From Raillietiella orientalis (taxonomy: Eukaryota), in contig JAYWIR010000020.1 of the NCBI GenBank assembly GCA_036172245.1, positions 1,612,001 through 1,676,000 of the forward strand: 64,000 nucleotides of DNA. The letters are read 5' to 3'. This document shows, one piece after another, positions 59,701-64,000 of this stretch. A program made the translations under genes and the position numbers. Positions within the stretch are counted from its first letter, which is position 1. Every line of letters starts with the position of its first letter. The notes beneath the pieces are model-generated. The model was not told where the DNA came from. It ran no database searches and saw only the letters and a list, made by a program, of their open reading frames with translations.

Positions 59701-62700
59701 CAGTAGAAACGTGACGCAGCACAAAACGTCTGCCATCCTAGAGACAGACTTTTGCGTTGTGCCGTTTTCTACTAGGTGTTTCCAGAGTTCCTTGACCTCC
59801 GACCTGGTAACACACCTGCCCCATAGCAGGAGGAGATTGGGGAACGAGTCTGCCACCGATAGAGTGCGTGGAGTTCAGGGGATCTTCGAGAGAAACGAGG
59901 AATTATTTAGCATCATTGAGATCAGTATGAGCATACCATCGCTCTCTGTAGCTCATCTCATAGCAGGAACGATGTGGAAGGAGGTGATGAGGAGGTGACT
60001 GCCTCCTCGGGTGCCTCGCCCTGCGGCACTTGCATCTTCGCTCCAGCAGTCGTCTTTGGCCAGTTCCCGGAGAAGGAGCGGTCTTCTTCACTCTGTCAGG
60101 GTGAAGCCAGTAATCTCGAAACGATGCCTGCGTACAGTCCGTTCCTTCGAGGAAAGTTTAGGAGCAACCGTTGCTGTCTGTAGGAAACTGCCCGAAGAAC
60201 ATCCTTCCGATTCCTGCTCCTCCCGAAGGCAGCGATCCGCCAAGGAAGCGCTCGTAAGGGGGGGGAGGGGGGACAATCGGAGAACACGAAGCTTTCTCAC
60301 TCCCTTCACCTCGCGAGTGAAGGCTTACACTTCGAGGAGGATCATTTATCTATGCAGAGCACAGGAAGCGATTTCCCCTCCCCCTGTGGGGTCGCAGGTT
60401 TCAGAGGGATATTCTTGCCTCGTCGGACTGGAAATCCGCCAGACAAATTGCGTCTTGCTTCCGCAATGCGGCTGCGCATCCAAACGCGCATTACAGGGGA
60501 ACATTCAGTCCTTAAAAGGCTCTGGTCAGCCCCGCCCACCTCCGATCCTTATTCCTGAACCGGATATCCCTCTCAAAGTGAGTGAGCGACTCCCAGGATT
60601 CTCTGGACCTTGAGAACTTCGCTAGCTTCACACTTGCACTTCGAGGCTTCCGTCGCCAGCTGAGTTCTCACCCGATGGAAAGGTTCCTTTCGGATAGGTT
60701 CACGGGCGCTCCGAAGATAAGCAGATGCTCCATTCTCCGATGCAGTACTCATTCGACTTTTTTCGAAAGCGCTGAGAGCACCCGAATCCCGGTCTGCTCC
60801 GTTTCGAAATTGACGGGGAAAACAAGAACGGAAAGCGAAGGATACGTCGCACATTCCGCGTGCCTCGATCCTGGGTTCTTCGTTCTTCTCCACGACCTAC
60901 CACACACCCAAGCAAATGAAGAGACCACTAGCGACACGAGAAATTCGGGGTCTGCTCCTTAAGCCTCACTGCTTCACAAACTTCACCAAGAAACGCAGTC
61001 CTTGAATAGGTGGTCTAGTACGCGGTCTGGAGAGAGTATACCGCTGAGCAGCAGTCTCCAAGTAGTCTTTCCTCATGACCGCTTTTCTGAGACCAGAGAA
61101 CCACTATTGAGTGACGGCACTAGCGCTGGACAATGGGCGTGCACTTTTGACAGACTTCGTATACACATCCCAATGGAGTCAGTGTGACCCGATGGGATGC
61201 CTGAGCGCTTACTTGACGGATGAAGAGGAACGGTGAGAGCGAAAATCCAACAGGCAAGGCATCCCAAGCACGGAAAGCAGCATGTCTTCGAGGTTCAGCA
61301 ACAGTTGAAATTAACGAAAGCCGTCACACACTCATTAGCACCTTGCTACGCTCCCGTCCGTGAATTCAGAATGTTGAACAACGTGAAACATCAACTGCTC
61401 CATCTCCATGCATTCGTGAAGAAGAACGAAGAAAATGCACCACGAGACCATCTTTTTGATGGTCTCCAATCATCTGATTTCTCAACTCTGACTTATGAAC
61501 GTATTTTTCCTTCTGGTGAACAAAAGAGCAGGCCGGGACGGCTCTGGAATCTGTGTTAGAATATCCTTTTCGTTTTTCGGAGAAGACCACTGATCAGCAA
61601 TCTGACCACTGATCCATCTTCCTCACCTCTGGACGACTCCCAAAACAATTGAGGGCATGGGCAACTGAGATGAAGCAACCGCGAAAGGTCCACGAGAGCA
61701 GACTGGTTAGCTCAGCAAGACCGAAGATTGTGTCTCTGGTAAAAGAGTCTCCAAAATCTCGAGCCAGAGTCGTTAACCTCATTGATTGTTGCTGCATCTA
61801 TGAGATCAAGAGAGGTCGTGGTGTTGCTCAGGGCGCGTACGCAGAAACCCTATGCGACCAGAAGTACGACCACTCGGTATTTCAGAATCCTACTAGCGAA
61901 ATCGTGGGCAAAATAAACAAGAAAGAAACCATATATGGTGGAGAGGAAAAAGCAAAGTCCACAGACCACTGGTGCTTCGAAAATAAAGTATCTTCAGATG
62001 AACAGAAAGCTCCGAACCCCAGGAAACTGTAGAAAAAGTATAAGAGATAAATGAAGCCAAAGCACAGAGAAAACTAATAGTACCAGCTTGCTTACATTAT
62101 TCGAGGAAATGCCTGCTGACATTGTGATCATCCTCAAATCGTGAAACCATGGAATTTCCATGAGCATTTCGTCGTAAAGAGAAACACAAAGCTGCATTGA
62201 ATGGTTTCCCTTTTTCCAGTGAGGGAGGCCACTTCAAAAAAAAAAGCAACACTCCTTCGTCGACTGAAAAATGATGCTCCGTCATGCAGGAAGAGTACCA
62301 GTTTTCAAAAGTTCTCTCTGGGCGATGTGACGAATAGTCACAATGGTAACAGACGAGACGAATGTTTAGAAACCTTTCGAAAAATGGTGCTCTTTTCCAC
62401 AGGATGTATACCGTGCCTTTTTATAATTTCCTAAAGACAATAGGGGATGCATGCATTGGAACCTTCTCGAAAGCACGAGTTCAGGTCAGAACAGAACATG
62501 GATATCGTCTCGCCGTGGATTATCTTAAATGGCATTATTGTCACTCGTGAAGCCTTCTTTTTTCCCTTTGTAGCCACTGTTCTTATTTTCTCCCCATTAC
62601 GTTCACATGATTCATGCGTCATCATAGCCGTTCTCAACATCCAGCAACAGAAGCTTTTTGCAAGACAGAGATTTGTTTTGTGAGGAAGATTTGTCCAGTC

Positions 62701-62959
62701 ACTTTTTTAAATAGCATTTCCTGAAGAACAGGCAAACTCATGCAAGTTTCAGCAAATTAGAAATCAGTTCCACAGGATTAAGAATTCCTCTCTGCTAAGT
62801 ATACGGGAATCACTAAGGAAGCTGTCTGCTATTCACAAGCTAGAAGACCAGAATGCCAGGATTCTCCATCTCCCATGAGTCTCGAGCATTCCTTAAACTG
62901 TATGGAAGATTTGCGAAGCTGCTTGGTCCTAGCATAGGAATTCCGAGAGCCATCGTGCT

Positions 62960-63150
62960 CCGGGTATCCACGAGCTGTCAAGTGGACGTGGGTGCGCAGC
63001 GAGACTGGTGCATGTATCGAAGAAAAATGATCCAGATCTTCGGACCGGATTTTGCCAGCAGCAGCTGGTGCGTGAGTGTGGTGAAAATGAGCCCCCTTTG
63101 CTGACCTCACTAGCTGGTCTGATGAAGCAACTTCAGGAATAAGCAGAAAT
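62960..63150 (-). mobile_element. Possible decayed LINE ORF2 C-terminal zinc-knuckle (zf-RVT-like) remnant
   Basis: Frameshifted minus-strand reading FLKLLHQT..LVR....GK..SEDLDHFF..C resembles KxxHxxLxx...CxxC...ExxxHxFxxC, but the first two cysteines are not intact. Confidence 0.2.
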
Positions 63151-64000
63151 GAATGGCACAGCTGCTTATACTAGTCCCCTGAGGATTCTCAGGTCATGGA
63201 AGAGAAAGCGATAAATCTGTCCCTGGCAACAGTGTAGTGCCCTCCAAAGGAATCTGATTTCATCTGCGGAAAATGCCGCCCGAATTCCATATTTATAAAT
63301 TTGCCCAAGAACTAGTGAGCTAAACAGCAGTACAGATGTTGAGAGAACATTCGATATGTACCAGACCTAATACAGTTTGAGTGTTTCCTTAATGGTATTT
63401 TTAGATCTAACTTGCTTTTCAAGAGAAAGGCAGATAGGATGCACATGGTAAGAATCACGAGTCTATGCCAATCCATTAGACACTCTTCCGAACGGATCCA
63501 GAGAAGAGCACTCGCACATCACATCGTTGGTTGTGGAGAACAGAATAAAGCAAAGCAAAAGTTTCGCTCTTGCAGATGAGGGCAATCCGATGCCTACAGC
63601 GGGCAACCAAATCTCTCACTTCGCATCGGTCAGATCCATCACAGATCGCAACATTGAATGTTGATCGGGGAAAAGTAGGGATATGACTTCAAAGCTTTCC
63701 AGACTTGCTTTTCCTGGAGAAGAGTGGCTGTGCTAATTGCCCTTCAGAATCTTTGGTCATAGTTGGTACCAGAAATGTTCTCTTAGCGGACTCCCATATT
63801 CCCTGAAACAGACAATAAACCCAACTGAGTAACCATGGATAAGAATCCAGCTGTGACTCTTATGAATGAGAATAGGAAACAACAGACCACGAACGATTCC
63901 ATTGAGCTACCAAGGAAACAGCAAGCATGAAAAAGCTATTTATTATTTCCCGAATGGACTCTATTGTTTCTGACCGTGGAGATGCTCTCTGTGCGGAACG

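Noticed and set aside
59560..59860. ELWKHLVENG...QG, loosely like LINE reverse transcriptase between motifs 3 and 4
   Set aside because: The diagnostic DxxKAFD, QGxxLSP and YADD motifs are absent.

Overview
Eukaryotic (invertebrate, most likely arthropod) genomic DNA. There are no prokaryotic operons, rRNA, tRNA or CRISPR arrays. The window is dominated by one minus-strand, intron-rich gene encoding a voltage-gated calcium channel beta subunit (Cav-beta / CACNB / Ca-beta). Eight coding exons join in frame through GT-AG junctions: 23243-23127, 21119-21000, 20906-20672, 17303-17042, 7718-7553, 7505-7407, 6027-5724 and 3709-2940. They total 2073 nt (690 aa plus stop) and give the SH3-HOOK-GK core plus an unusual His/Gln-, poly-Ala- and poly-Glu-rich C-terminus. 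The start-codon exon is not identified with certainty. Candidate alternative N-terminal exons lie at about 53.6-53.8 kb (two exons only 35 nt apart), about 44.9 kb and about 26.6 kb. The introns hold a decayed 3' end of an RLE-type (R2-group, NeSL/Utopia-like) non-LTR retrotransposon at 13.4-14.1 kb, weaker LINE remnants, several near-perfect hairpins and an interleaved pair of long inverted repeats at 45.5-47.3 kb. Most ORFs in the supplied track are spurious GC-rich frames. All homology statements come from motif recognition, not database searches.
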